Assembly: GCA_963727445.1 (NCBI GenBank)
Contig: CAVSGI010000010.1
Span: 1,376,001 to 1,440,000, forward strand
Source: an uncultured delta proteobacterium
GTDB lineage: Bacteria > Myxococcota_A > Polyangia > Polyangiales > B10-G4
Length of the DNA stretch: 64,000 bases
Reading direction: 5' to 3'
A program made the translations under genes and the position numbers. Each line of letters begins with the position of its first letter. Position 1 is the first letter of the stretch. Below the pieces are notes generated by a model. It was given only the letters and a program-made list of their open reading frames with translations, did no database searches and was not told the DNA's origin. Positions 46,683 to 55,571 of this stretch are shown piece after piece.

Positions 46683-48041
46683 GTGGACGAGGAAAAGGTG
46701 TCGATCCCCCGGCGGCTCTTCGAGCTCGCCTGGCCCATCATCGGGCTCAACGTCCTCAACGTCCTGTCGCTGGCGGTGGACACCGCGATGGTCGGACGCC
46801 TCCCTCACCCGGAGCAGGCGCTCGCCGGGCTGAGCTACGCGACCCAGATCATCTTCCTTCTGATGGTGGCGATGATGGGCCTGACCATCGGCGCCGTCGC
46901 TACCGTCTCTCGCGCGCACGGCACCGGGGACGAGGCGCGCGTCAACCACATCCTGCTCCAGTCGACGCAGCTCACGGTGTTGCTCGCCGTCGGCGTCGCC
47001 ATCGCCGGCAACCTCCTCGCCGAAGAGATGCTGCGCGCCCTCGGTGCGACGGACGCGACGCTGGCCCAGGGCCTCGCATACCTGCGCCCGCTCCTCACCT
47101 TCGCCGTCTTCTACTATCTGAACGTCTTGTACGCCGCGGTGCTCCGCGGCGTGGGCAACACCCGCCTGCCCTTCCTGATCGCGCTCGGCTCCAACGCCCT
47201 CAACTTCTGCATCAACTACGTCTTGATCCTCGGCCACTTCGGTGCGCCACGCCTCGGCGTGCAGGGCGCCGCGATCGGCACCGTCGTCTCCTACGCGGCC
47301 GCGTCGCTCACGATGATGTTGCTGCTGCGCCGGGGAACGGTGGCGGGGGTCGTCCTTCGGCTCTCGCCGACCTCGGTCGACCGCGACCTCGCGCGCCAGC
47401 TGATCAAGGTCGGCGCGCCGGCAGCGGCGGACATGGTGATCCTCAACATCGGCTTCCTGTCGATCGTCGGCATGCTCGGGCGCATCGATCAGGCAGCGGT
47501 GGCTGCACACGGCATCGGCCTGCGCATCCAGGCGCTGGCCTTCGTCCCGGGTCTGAGCGTCTCTCAGGCGACGGCCGCCATGGTGGGCAAGGCGCTCGGC
47601 GCCCGCGACGAAGACGAGGCGCGCGCCGTGGTCAAAGCGTCCGTCATCCTCTGCACCGCGATCATGACCACCCTCGCCGTGTCGATCATCGCCGGCGGAA
47701 CGCAGATCGTCCGCGTCTTCGACGTGCCGCAAGGTAGCGACCTCGAGCGGCTGGCCCTCACCTGGATTCAGCTACTCGGCAGCGGCATGCCCATCATCGG
47801 CATCAACATCGGCTTCATCGGGATGTTCCGCGGCTCCGGGGACACCAACACCAGCCTGATGATCAACGTCTTCGCCACCCTGCTGGTCCAGGTCCCCCTC
47901 AGCTGGCTGCTGGGCTTCGGCCTGGGCCTCGGGGCCTTCGGCGTCTGGCTCGCCTTCCCCCTGAGCTTCGTGATCAAGGCCAGCGCCGCCTGGTTCTTCT
48001 ACCTGCGCGGCCGCTGGGCCAAGCTCGGCGCTCGTGTCTGA
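46683..48041 (+). CDS. MATE family efflux transporter
   Basis: VDTAMVGRL, LRGVGNTRLP, LGVQGAAIGT, FRGSGDT; about 12 TM helices. Confidence 0.95.
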   Translation: MDEEKVSIPRRLFELAWPIIGLNVLNVLSLAVDTAMVGRLPHPEQALAGLSYATQIIFLLMVAMMGLTIGAVATVSRAHGTGDEARVNHILLQSTQLTVLLAVGVAIAGNLLAEEMLRALGATDATLAQGLAYLRPLLTFAVFYYLNVLYAAVLRGVGNTRLPFLIALGSNALNFCINYVLILGHFGAPRLGVQGAAIGTVVSYAAASLTMMLLLRRGTVAGVVLRLSPTSVDRDLARQLIKVGAPAAADMVILNIGFLSIVGMLGRIDQAAVAAHGIGLRIQALAFVPGLSVSQATAAMVGKALGARDEDEARAVVKASVILCTAIMTTLAVSIIAGGTQIVRVFDVPQGSDLERLALTWIQLLGSGMPIIGINIGFIGMFRGSGDTNTSLMINVFATLLVQVPLSWLLGFGLGLGAFGVWLAFPLSFVIKASAAWFFYLRGRWAKLGARV

Positions 48042-48749
48042 AGGCGGGAGCGGCGAGGCGCCCACGAAGGCGAGCACGGCGTCGAGCGCGGAGACGTGCG
48101 CCAGGCGCGAGCGGAGATAGGAAGGGCTGAGCTGCTCGAGACGCGCGATGGCGCGCGCCGCGATGCTCTCCACGTGATAGACGCCGGCGCCCTCGGGCAT
48201 CCGGCCGAGCTCGCGCACCACGGTCTGGCGCGCCGTGGCCGCATCGTAGCGGCGCCGGTAGAGGAGCTCGGAGAGCTCGAGGAGCTCCACGTCGCTCTGC
48301 CTGGCGAGCGCAGCCGCGCCCTCGCCGCGGCGCGGCCGCGCCGTCGCGAGCTTGCGACGTGCAGCCGCCTCCACCAGGCGCTCGCGCACCTTCGCCGCGC
48401 GCCGCCGCCCGGGATGCGCGCGCGGCCGATGCCGAGCGGCGGCCAGCGCCACCGCGAAGGTGTCGCCCGCTTCGAAGGCGCGGGTCAGGCGACCGTCGAC
48501 GTCCTCACCGTCGGCGACAAGCACGTCGAGCTGCGCCGCCGCGCGATCCCGCGCGGCGACGAAACGCTGCTCGAGCTCGGCGATGCGCTTCTCAGCTGTC
48601 TCCCGGAGACGCTCCGCCGCGCCTTCGGGCGCGTCTTCGGCGCGCGCGAGGAGGCGCTCGACCATCGTGAGCGCGGGCGCGTCGAAGAGCCGCGCCCCCT
48701 CTCCTTCGAGGTGACGGAGGCGCTCTGTCAGATGTGCGAGGGTCGTCAT
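47772..48749 (-). CDS. DUF2894-like protein (Zorya type III ZorG-like)
   Basis: PEGAGVYHVESIAARAIARLEQLSPSYL resembles the recalled DUF2894 core P.NAGP.N...L..R.L..(M/L)..LSP.YL. The last 270 bp overlap MATE antisense and are doubtful. Confidence 0.65.
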   Translation of the reverse strand: MTTLAHLTERLRHLEGEGARLFDAPALTMVERLLARAEDAPEGAAERLRETAEKRIAELEQRFVAARDRAAAQLDVLVADGEDVDGRLTRAFEAGDTFAVALAAARHRPRAHPGRRRAAKVRERLVEAAARRKLATARPRRGEGAAALARQSDVELLELSELLYRRRYDAATARQTVVRELGRMPEGAGVYHVESIAARAIARLEQLSPSYLRSRLAHVSALDAVLAFVGASPLPPSDTSAELGPAAAQVEEPGGAGLDHEAQGEGEPDAEGPEAQAEAQQPAEGDLDQQGGEDVDHQAGVGVPGAAEHPDEADVDADDGHAAAE

Positions 48750-48768
48750 CGTTCGCTCGCGCCGAGGC

Positions 48769-51021
48769 TCAGGCAGGGGCCGCGGCCGCGCCGCGCTCCG
48801 CCGCCTGGTTCAGCTGCTCGAAGAGCTCTTGCTGAAAGCCGAGCTGCTGATCGAAGAGCTCGTGGGTCCGGGCCAGGTAGTTGCCGAGGACATCCACCGC
48901 CGCGTGCTCGCCGGCGTCGACCACCGCCTGATCGATCTTGCCGAGGCTCTCGATCCAGGTGTTCGCGGCTTCGCGCTGCTTGTCGACCGCGCCCGCGAAC
49001 ATCTCGGCGACCGCCGCCATCTCGCCGCCGCCGGCGTGCACCAGGCTCGCGGCCTCGCGCACCAGGCCCGCGGTCTCGCGCAGGGTCTCGTCGATGCCCT
49101 TGGCGTGCTCCGACAGATGCGCCGCGAGGGCCTCCGTCCCCGCGCGCTGGCGGTCGGCGAGCTCCTCCTCGAAGACCGCGAGACGCTTCTGCTGCGCCTC
49201 GGCTGCAGCCTCGAATCGGAGGGCGAGATCCGCGATGCGGCTCGCGCCCCGCGTCTCGGCCTCCTCCACGCGGCGGTCGGCTGCCTGCGCGAAGGCCTCG
49301 AGGGCCGCACACTGCGCGGCGGTCGCTTGCGTCATCGCTTCGCCCGCCTGGCCGAAGCGCTCCACCAGCTTCGCGCTCTCTGCCGAGTGGACCTCGCCCG
49401 CGGCCGAGATCTTCTCGAGCAGCTCGGCGTTCAGCGCCTTCTGCGCATCGTTCGCGGCGCTGATCCTCTCGATCAGCTCTGCGGCACGGGCGCTCTGGGC
49501 CTCTTCCGCGGACGCGCTCGCCTCGAGGCGCTCCCGCACCAGGGTGCTCGCCGCGCCGAGGTCGGCCCTGACGCGCTCGGTCAGCGCCCCCAGATTCGCG
49601 GAGACGTTGTCGCTCACGCTGCCGAGGTTCGTCGAGACGCTGTCGGACATGCTGTCGAGGCTCGTCGACACGTTCTCGGTCACCGTTCCCAGGCTCGTCG
49701 ACACGCGCTCGGTCACCGTTCCCAGGCTCGTCGACACGCGCTCGGTCAGCGAATCCATGCTCGTCGACACGTTCTCGGTCACCGCGCCGAGGCTCGTCGA
49801 GACGGTCTCGGTCACCGCGCCGAGGCTCGTCGAGACGGTCTCGCTCAGCGAATCCATGCTCGTCGACACGTTCTCGGTCACCGCACCGAGGCTCGTCGAG
49901 ACGGTGTCGCTCAGCGAATCCATGCTCGTCGACAGGCGCTCGGTGAGCGCGCCGAGGTCCTTCGACATCCGCTCGGTGAGCGCGCCGAGGTTCTGCTCGA
50001 CCTGCTCGGCGAGCGCGTGCGTCCGCTCGCTCCGCGCCTCGTCGTGCTCCGCGACCTTCGCGAGCGAGGTGCGCACCGTCTCGGAGAGCGACTCGATGTG
50101 CTCGCCCAGGTGGGCGGAGCGCTCGGCAGTCTCCTTCGAGAGCTCGGCGAAGCGGGCGGCGCGCGCGTCCTCGGTCGCGGCCATCTTCTCGGTCATCGTC
50201 TGCCACTGGGCAGCGAGCTCCTCGGCGCGCGTCGCCTCGGCCTCGCGGATCTGTCGCGCGTGGGCCTCGAAGGCGATGAGCAGGCGCCCATCGGCGTCGG
50301 CGCGACGCTCGAGCTGCTGGTCGAGGCGGGAGGCGACCTCCTTGAGGTGGCCGTCGAGGGTCTCGACCGCCACCGCCTGCACGCGGCGCCGCTCGGCGGC
50401 ATCGGTCTCGATGGAGTTGCGGATCTCGGCGAGATGCGCCGTGGCGGCTTCGGTCGCCTTCTGCATCGCGTCGGCGGCGACGGGCGCCACCGCCTCCTGG
50501 GCCGCCTTCGCGGCCTTGGCCACGCCCTTCTCCATGTCCTCGCGGATCCGATCGGCGGTGTGGCGGAGCACCCGGCCAATCTCCTCGCGGTCCTTTTCGG
50601 CGGAGGCGCTCGAGGCGTCGCTCAGTCGCTCGAAGGTGCGCTGCGCTTCGGAGACCGCGGCGCCGATGCTGGCGCTGGTGCTCTCGGCGCTCTCGCCGAT
50701 CACCCGGCGCGTCTCGTGAATCGTCTCGGCGTGGGCCTCGCCCAGGCTCGTCTCGAGCTGGCGGAGCCGCTCGACGGCGCTCGCGAGCGCATCGGCGGCC
50801 TCGGGCAGCGCGCGCCCCTGGTCGGCCAGGCTCTCGAGGGCCGCGAGGTTCCTCTCTCGCGCGGGACGCGCGAGCGCCTCCGCCACTGCGACAACGATGG
50901 CGATGGCCAGGCCGCAGAAGATCGCCGGAGCGACTGCATCGGCGCCGAGCCAGAGAGCTCCCACGAGAGCGGTGATGGCGAAGGCGACCGCGCCCATGCC
51001 GACGATTGCATTTCGATTCAT
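48769..51021 (-). CDS. membrane-anchored long coiled-coil protein, ZorA/DUF802-like tail
   Basis: Two N-terminal TM helices, about 700 aa of Ala/Glu-rich helix, 11-aa repeats; C-terminus EMAAVAEMFAGAV..LGKID..LGNYLARTHELFD..FQQELFEQL resembles recalled DUF802-protein termini. Confidence 0.7.
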   Translation of the reverse strand: MNRNAIVGMGAVAFAITALVGALWLGADAVAPAIFCGLAIAIVVAVAEALARPARERNLAALESLADQGRALPEAADALASAVERLRQLETSLGEAHAETIHETRRVIGESAESTSASIGAAVSEAQRTFERLSDASSASAEKDREEIGRVLRHTADRIREDMEKGVAKAAKAAQEAVAPVAADAMQKATEAATAHLAEIRNSIETDAAERRRVQAVAVETLDGHLKEVASRLDQQLERRADADGRLLIAFEAHARQIREAEATRAEELAAQWQTMTEKMAATEDARAARFAELSKETAERSAHLGEHIESLSETVRTSLAKVAEHDEARSERTHALAEQVEQNLGALTERMSKDLGALTERLSTSMDSLSDTVSTSLGAVTENVSTSMDSLSETVSTSLGAVTETVSTSLGAVTENVSTSMDSLTERVSTSLGTVTERVSTSLGTVTENVSTSLDSMSDSVSTNLGSVSDNVSANLGALTERVRADLGAASTLVRERLEASASAEEAQSARAAELIERISAANDAQKALNAELLEKISAAGEVHSAESAKLVERFGQAGEAMTQATAAQCAALEAFAQAADRRVEEAETRGASRIADLALRFEAAAEAQQKRLAVFEEELADRQRAGTEALAAHLSEHAKGIDETLRETAGLVREAASLVHAGGGEMAAVAEMFAGAVDKQREAANTWIESLGKIDQAVVDAGEHAAVDVLGNYLARTHELFDQQLGFQQELFEQLNQAAERGAAAAPA
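49553..50001 (-). repeat. 33-bp (11-aa) imperfect tandem repeat, about 13 copies, inside the ZorA-like tail
   Basis: Units VSTSLGAVTEN / VSTSMDSLSET / VSTSLGTVTER; near-identical DNA units such as ctcggtcaccgttcccaggctcgtcgacacgcg. Confidence 0.9.
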
Positions 51022-51854
51022 TGGTTACCTCTGGACGCGATCTCACACGCCGCGTCGACGAGCTGGGTGAGGAGCTCCGCGTCTCGATCGTACAGAGCGA
51101 GCGCGAGCGCCTCGGCATCGCGCACGTGGGCGCGGATGAAGCCATCCTCGGCGAGCCATCCCTCGGCGGCGGCGACGACCGCGGGGTCGTCAATCGGTCC
51201 ATCGGGGAGCGCCTCGGCGGCGTGGATGAAAGCGGCCTCGAAGGACTCTTCGAGACGCTCCGTGAGTTGGTCCATGAGCTCGCGCGTGCCGACCAGGAGC
51301 GCGCGGGAGAGCGCGGCATCGATACGCTCGATCTCCGTGGCCTCGGGTCCGAGGCGTTGGATCTCGGGGGTCAGGTCGTCGCGCAGGAAGACCAGCTCCG
51401 CGCGCGCCGTCCGGAGCGCGCGCCCGAAGCGCTGACCGTGCGCGTAGGAGCACGCCTTCGCCACGCGCGCGAGCGTCTTCTTCGTGCCTTTCGGCCGCGC
51501 GCCATTCGCCTCGAGGGTCTTCAGGAGCTCCGCGGCGTTTGGCAGCCGGTCGGTGCCGTCGAAGGCGGTTTCATAACGCCGGAGGATCTGATTTCGAATG
51601 GCGCGGATGCGGAGGGTGAGGCGCTCGCGAAAGACGAGGGTCTGCTCGAGAACCGTCTCGAGATCCTGCGGCGTCTCACCCGAAACCCCCGTATCGAGGA
51701 GGTCGCTGAGCCAGATGCTCCCGTTGATCTCGAAGCGGCCGCCGAGGGCTTCGGCGGGCCCCCGCCGCTCGATCTCGGCCGGTGCCCAATGCGCCGCACC
51801 CGCCAGTCGCGACAGCGGCGCCTCCACCGTCTTCACTCTCCGAGGTGTACGCAT
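51018..51854 (-). CDS. DUF3348-like helical protein (Zorya type III ZorF-like)
   Basis: All-helical 278-aa ORF with a 4-nt overlap to the ZorA-like gene; AEALGGRFEINGSIWLS and DAELLTQLVDA loosely resemble recalled DUF3348 termini; position fits the DUF3348-DUF802 gene order. Confidence 0.55.
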   Translation of the reverse strand: MRTPRRVKTVEAPLSRLAGAAHWAPAEIERRGPAEALGGRFEINGSIWLSDLLDTGVSGETPQDLETVLEQTLVFRERLTLRIRAIRNQILRRYETAFDGTDRLPNAAELLKTLEANGARPKGTKKTLARVAKACSYAHGQRFGRALRTARAELVFLRDDLTPEIQRLGPEATEIERIDAALSRALLVGTRELMDQLTERLEESFEAAFIHAAEALPDGPIDDPAVVAAAEGWLAEDGFIRAHVRDAEALALALYDRDAELLTQLVDAACEIASRGNQ

Positions 51855-51905
51855 GATGAACGGGCGTTTTTACTTGGAGATCCGGGGCCACGCAAGGAGT
51901 GAAAT

Positions 51906-51923
51906 GACACTACGTGTAGTGTC
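51906..51923. promoter_or_regulatory. palindrome GACACTAC-GT-GTAGTGTC (NrdR-box-like) upstream of the Zorya-like operon
   Basis: Perfect 8-bp inverted repeat about 50 bp upstream of the 51854 start. Confidence 0.4.
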
Positions 51924-52014
51924 CCCAAGCCCTAGTGGGGGTCAACATTTCGGCACCCGCTCCCTTGTGCTTTGGGGCCTTCGGTCAGGCGGACCTCGCG
52001 TCGGAGATCGCGCT

Positions 52015-53883
52015 TCAGGTCCCGCGATTCGCGCGCGCCATCCAGTGGCCGGTGATGACGACGGGGATCGCGAGGCAGGCGAAGACCTCGAGGTGGTAGG
52101 CGGGCAGCGCCCAGGCGACGAGCGCCACGATGTAGTGGCCGAGGGTGAGCGGAAGCCAGGGCCAGCCGAGCGTCCCGAGCAACGTCGCCCACAAGGTGCC
52201 GTTGACGAAGGCGCCGATGACGGTGGCGTGGGGCATGGAGACGCCCAACGCGCCGAGGAGCGGCCACAGAACCATCGACTGCGCGAAGACGAGCAGGCTG
52301 GTGAGGGTCACGCGCCGGTTGGTCGCGTTGAGCAGCATCTTGCGCCACCACACCATCCCGCTGAGCCCGGCGCCTACCAGGAAGGTCGTGCCCAGGAGCG
52401 CGAAACGCACGTGGTCGACCGGCCAGATGTCGAAGCGCGTGAGCGCGCTGGTGCCGAGGCAGAAGGCGGCAAAGCCCGCGGCGGACACGTAGAGGCGGAC
52501 TACGCGCTCGCGCAGACCGAAGCCGAGATCCGCGTCGCGCTCCACCCTGTCGAGGGCGCGCGCCGCCTGCTCCACCGCACCCCGCAGCACTTCGGGCGGC
52601 GCGTCGTGCTGCCGGAGGAGCGTCTTGGCGACCCGCGGGCTGCCGCGCTCGAGCTGGAATTCGATCATCGCCTCGAGGAGCGTTCGACGCCCTCGGATGG
52701 CGCGCTCGTTCTCGGGCCAGCTCCGCAACGCCTGATCGAAAGCGAAGCGCCCCTCGTGAAAGAGCGCCTCAATCGTCTCCTGGTCGGCCTCGGAGCGTTC
52801 CCCGTCGATCTGGGAGGCGCGTCGCAGCTCTTCGGTTCGCCGCTCGGCTTCCTCGCAGAGCTCGACGCTCCCCCAGTGAAGGAGGAAGTCGTCGATGGCC
52901 TCGGCGAAGGCCTCCGCGCTCTCGAAGCGCTTCTCCGGCTCGCGCGCCATCGCCTGCCGAGCGATCGCTGCGAGCTCGCGCGGGACGTGCTCGTCATAGG
53001 TCGGCGTCTGCGAGACGAACGCTTTCATGAGGGCCGCGCTCACGTGCGCTGCTTCGTGAGGAGGCTTGCCGGTGATGAGCTCGTGCAGCGTGGCACCGAG
53101 GAGATAGACGTCGGAGAAGACGCCCAGCCCCTCGCCCTTCCCGAGCGCCATCTCCGGCGACATGTAGAGGGGCGTCCCCTCGATGCGTTTGACGTCGCGC
53201 GCCCGCGGCACGCCGAGCGGCCCGACCTCGCTCAGGCTCACGGCGACGCCCCAATCGACGAGGTAGACCTCGCCGAAGCCGCCGATCATCACGTTCTCGG
53301 GCTTGATGTCGCGATGGAGGATGCCGAGCGAATGCGCGAAGTGGAGCGCGCTCGCGACCTGCCGGAGGATCGAGAGGTGCTTGCGGATGAACGCGGGGTC
53401 GTGCCGTTCCGTCGGCGGCACGCCTTCAATCATCGACGACCACGGCTCGCCGTCGATGCGCTTCATGACGATGAGCGGCTTGCCCTCTTGGTCACGCCCC
53501 AGCATGTGCACCGGCACCACGTTCGGGTGCTCGAGGAGCCCCGTGACCCGTCCTTCGCGCAGGAGCTGAAGTGCCTGCTCTGCCCGCGGCACGTCGACGC
53601 GCAGCGCCTTGACTGCGACCGTGCGCTGGAGGGCGGTCTGGGTCGCGGAGCGCACCACCCCCATCCCCCCTTCCCCGATCGGATCACCCAGGAGGATCGG
53701 CGCGATCCCTCCATCCGTCGTCGGCTCGAGGAGCGGGTCGAGCGCGCCGCGAGCCGGCGCGGAGAGCGACTCGATGGTATCCACCGACGCGATCGTGTCG
53801 CTCAGAGACAGCTCCTCCGGCTCGATGCCGAGCTCCGCCCAGGTCTTGCGAAGCGTCGCGTCAGGGGTCGTGTCGGTGGACAT
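52015..53883 (-). CDS. Ser/Thr kinase with C-terminal multi-pass membrane domain
   Basis: IGEGGMG, VAVK, HRDIKPEN, DWG, GTPLYMSPE; about six TM helices at the C-terminus. Confidence 0.93.
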   Translation of the reverse strand: MSTDTTPDATLRKTWAELGIEPEELSLSDTIASVDTIESLSAPARGALDPLLEPTTDGGIAPILLGDPIGEGGMGVVRSATQTALQRTVAVKALRVDVPRAEQALQLLREGRVTGLLEHPNVVPVHMLGRDQEGKPLIVMKRIDGEPWSSMIEGVPPTERHDPAFIRKHLSILRQVASALHFAHSLGILHRDIKPENVMIGGFGEVYLVDWGVAVSLSEVGPLGVPRARDVKRIEGTPLYMSPEMALGKGEGLGVFSDVYLLGATLHELITGKPPHEAAHVSAALMKAFVSQTPTYDEHVPRELAAIARQAMAREPEKRFESAEAFAEAIDDFLLHWGSVELCEEAERRTEELRRASQIDGERSEADQETIEALFHEGRFAFDQALRSWPENERAIRGRRTLLEAMIEFQLERGSPRVAKTLLRQHDAPPEVLRGAVEQAARALDRVERDADLGFGLRERVVRLYVSAAGFAAFCLGTSALTRFDIWPVDHVRFALLGTTFLVGAGLSGMVWWRKMLLNATNRRVTLTSLLVFAQSMVLWPLLGALGVSMPHATVIGAFVNGTLWATLLGTLGWPWLPLTLGHYIVALVAWALPAYHLEVFACLAIPVVITGHWMARANRGT

Positions 53884-53934
53884 CTCCGCGAGGCATGATG
53901 ACCGAAGCCCCGGTTGGGGAGCGACCCCGAATCC

Positions 53935-54570
53935 TCACGCCGCGCTCGCGTAGCGTCCGAGGTGAGCGAGGATGCTGTCGACGTCTTCGAGCTCGCTGCC
54001 GGTGCTCGGGTCGACGAAGCGAAGCGGGCCGGGCACGCGGAGGTAGGGGATCTCGAGCTCGCAGAGCTGCTCACGGACCAAGCGGGCGGCGGGGTCGGCC
54101 TCGTCGCCGTAGAGGATCAGCTCGCGCTCGGGGGCAACGCTCGACCGGGCCCGGAAGCCGGCGCCGCCACGGGCCAGGCTGGCGAGCTGCGAGGTCAGCA
54201 CGAACCCCGGGCCGAGGAGCCAGCGCGGCGCCTTGCTCTCGCCATAGGTCTCGTAGAGATAGGCGACGATCTGCTCGCTCTCAGTCGTCTCGAGACCGGT
54301 GTTGGGGTCGACGAGGAAGGGAAAGCGGGCGCGGCCGGCCTTGTAGATCGCCTCGGGGCGAAAGCGGCGCCCGTCCCGAGGACAGGGGCGCACCCGAACT
54401 GGCAGCGCCAGCTCGGTCAGGGCCTCACGAACGCGACGGCACATTGGACAGCCCTCGTACTCGTAGAGGACCAAGGGCTCGATATCCCGAGAAATCTCCC
54501 GATTTCGGGAGCTTCCATGACCGGAGCGGAAGGAGCTGGCGAGGCGGCTTAGCGCGATGTTCATCAACAT
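53935..54570 (-). CDS. glutaredoxin / GST N-terminal domain protein (tandem thioredoxin-like domains)
   Basis: LYEYEGCPMCRRVREAL..FPFLVDPNTG..ESEQIVAYL; second degenerate copy without Cys. Confidence 0.88.
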   Translation of the reverse strand: MLMNIALSRLASSFRSGHGSSRNREISRDIEPLVLYEYEGCPMCRRVREALTELALPVRVRPCPRDGRRFRPEAIYKAGRARFPFLVDPNTGLETTESEQIVAYLYETYGESKAPRWLLGPGFVLTSQLASLARGGAGFRARSSVAPERELILYGDEADPAARLVREQLCELEIPYLRVPGPLRFVDPSTGSELEDVDSILAHLGRYASAA

Positions 54571-54604
54571 GCTCTGAACATGACCGATTCCTCATGTATG
54601 CTGA

Positions 54605-54634
54605 AGCTCATGTATTCTCATTCGTACATGAGCT
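54605..54634. promoter_or_regulatory. inverted repeat in the divergent GST/LysR promoter (candidate LysR site)
   Basis: AGCTCATGTA-N10-TACATGAGCT, perfect 10-bp arms, in a 70-bp AT-rich spacer. Confidence 0.55.
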
Positions 54635-54640
54635 GATTCG

Positions 54641-55559
54641 ATGGACCTGCGCACCGTCAATCTCAACCTCCTGTTGGCGCTCGACGTCCTGCTCGAAGTG
54701 CGGGGCGTGGGCGCGGCGGCGCGGCGTCTCGGCGTGACCCAATCGGCGATGAGCCACTCGCTGAGGCAGCTGCGCGAGCTCTTCGACGATCCGCTCCTCG
54801 TCCGCGAAGGGCATCGCATGGTGCCGACGCCGCGTGCCGAGGCGCTCGCGCCCTCGCTGCGCGACGCGCTCCGCACGATTGAGAGCGTCGTCGAGAGCCC
54901 GGAGGCTTTCGATTCCCTCCGCCGTCTCGCGAACGTTCACGGTCGCGATCCTCGATGGATGGGCCTTCGCCTACGGGCCGCCGCTCCTTCAGGCGATGCA
55001 GCGCGAAGCGCCGCGGGCGACGCTGGAGCTCGTCCCACCCGACAATGATCTACCGACGCTCCTCGCGTCCGGTCGCGTCGACGCGGCGATGATCCCGCCC
55101 ATCGATCTTCCGTCGGGGCTCGAAACGGTCCCGCTCCGGGGCGAGAACTTCGTCGTCCTCTGCCGCGAGGACCATCCGGACATCGGCGACACCATCGATC
55201 TCGACACGCTCTGCCGCCTCCCTCACGCGGTGATGAGCCTGGGCAAGGGCGGCCCCAGCTTCGTGGACCACGCCCTCGCCGAGCTCGGCCGCGAGCGCTT
55301 CGTCGCGCTTCGCTGTCCCTATTTCCTGGTCATCCCGGCCATGGTCGCCGCGTCGGACCTCATCGCGTTCGTCGTCGAGCCGGCCGCCGAGCAGCTCGCC
55401 GCGATCTATCCCGTTCGTTGGGTGCCCGACCCGATCGGTCTCGGCCACATGCCGCCTTCGCTCCTCGCGTGGCACGCGCGCTATGACGCGGTGCCCGAGA
55501 ACCGCTGGTTTCGGGACTTGATGATGCGCGTCTTCCGCGAGCACTTCGCGGACCTGTGA
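54641..55559 (+). CDS. LysR-family transcriptional regulator (one frameshift near 54913)
   Basis: NLNLLLAL..AARRLGVTQSAMSHSLRQLRELFDDPLLVR HTH; the substrate-binding domain continues in the next frame; removing one T gives 305 aa. Confidence 0.9.
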
Positions 55560-55571
55560 CGAAGGGAACGC

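Noticed and set aside
49553..50001. CRISPR array
   Set aside because: Contiguous in-frame 33-bp coding repeats without unique spacers; no cas genes in the window.
48769..51021. Methyl-accepting chemotaxis protein or phage tape measure protein
   Set aside because: No MCP hairpin signature (LLALNAAIEAARAGE), no phage genes nearby, and the flanking genes fit a Zorya-like context better.
48746..51435. Long alternative-frame and antisense ORFs here and throughout the window (e.g. 3782..5632, 18203..20188, 51598..53898)
   Set aside because: Shadow ORFs expected at this GC content; Arg/Pro-rich or mirror translations that overlap well-supported genes.
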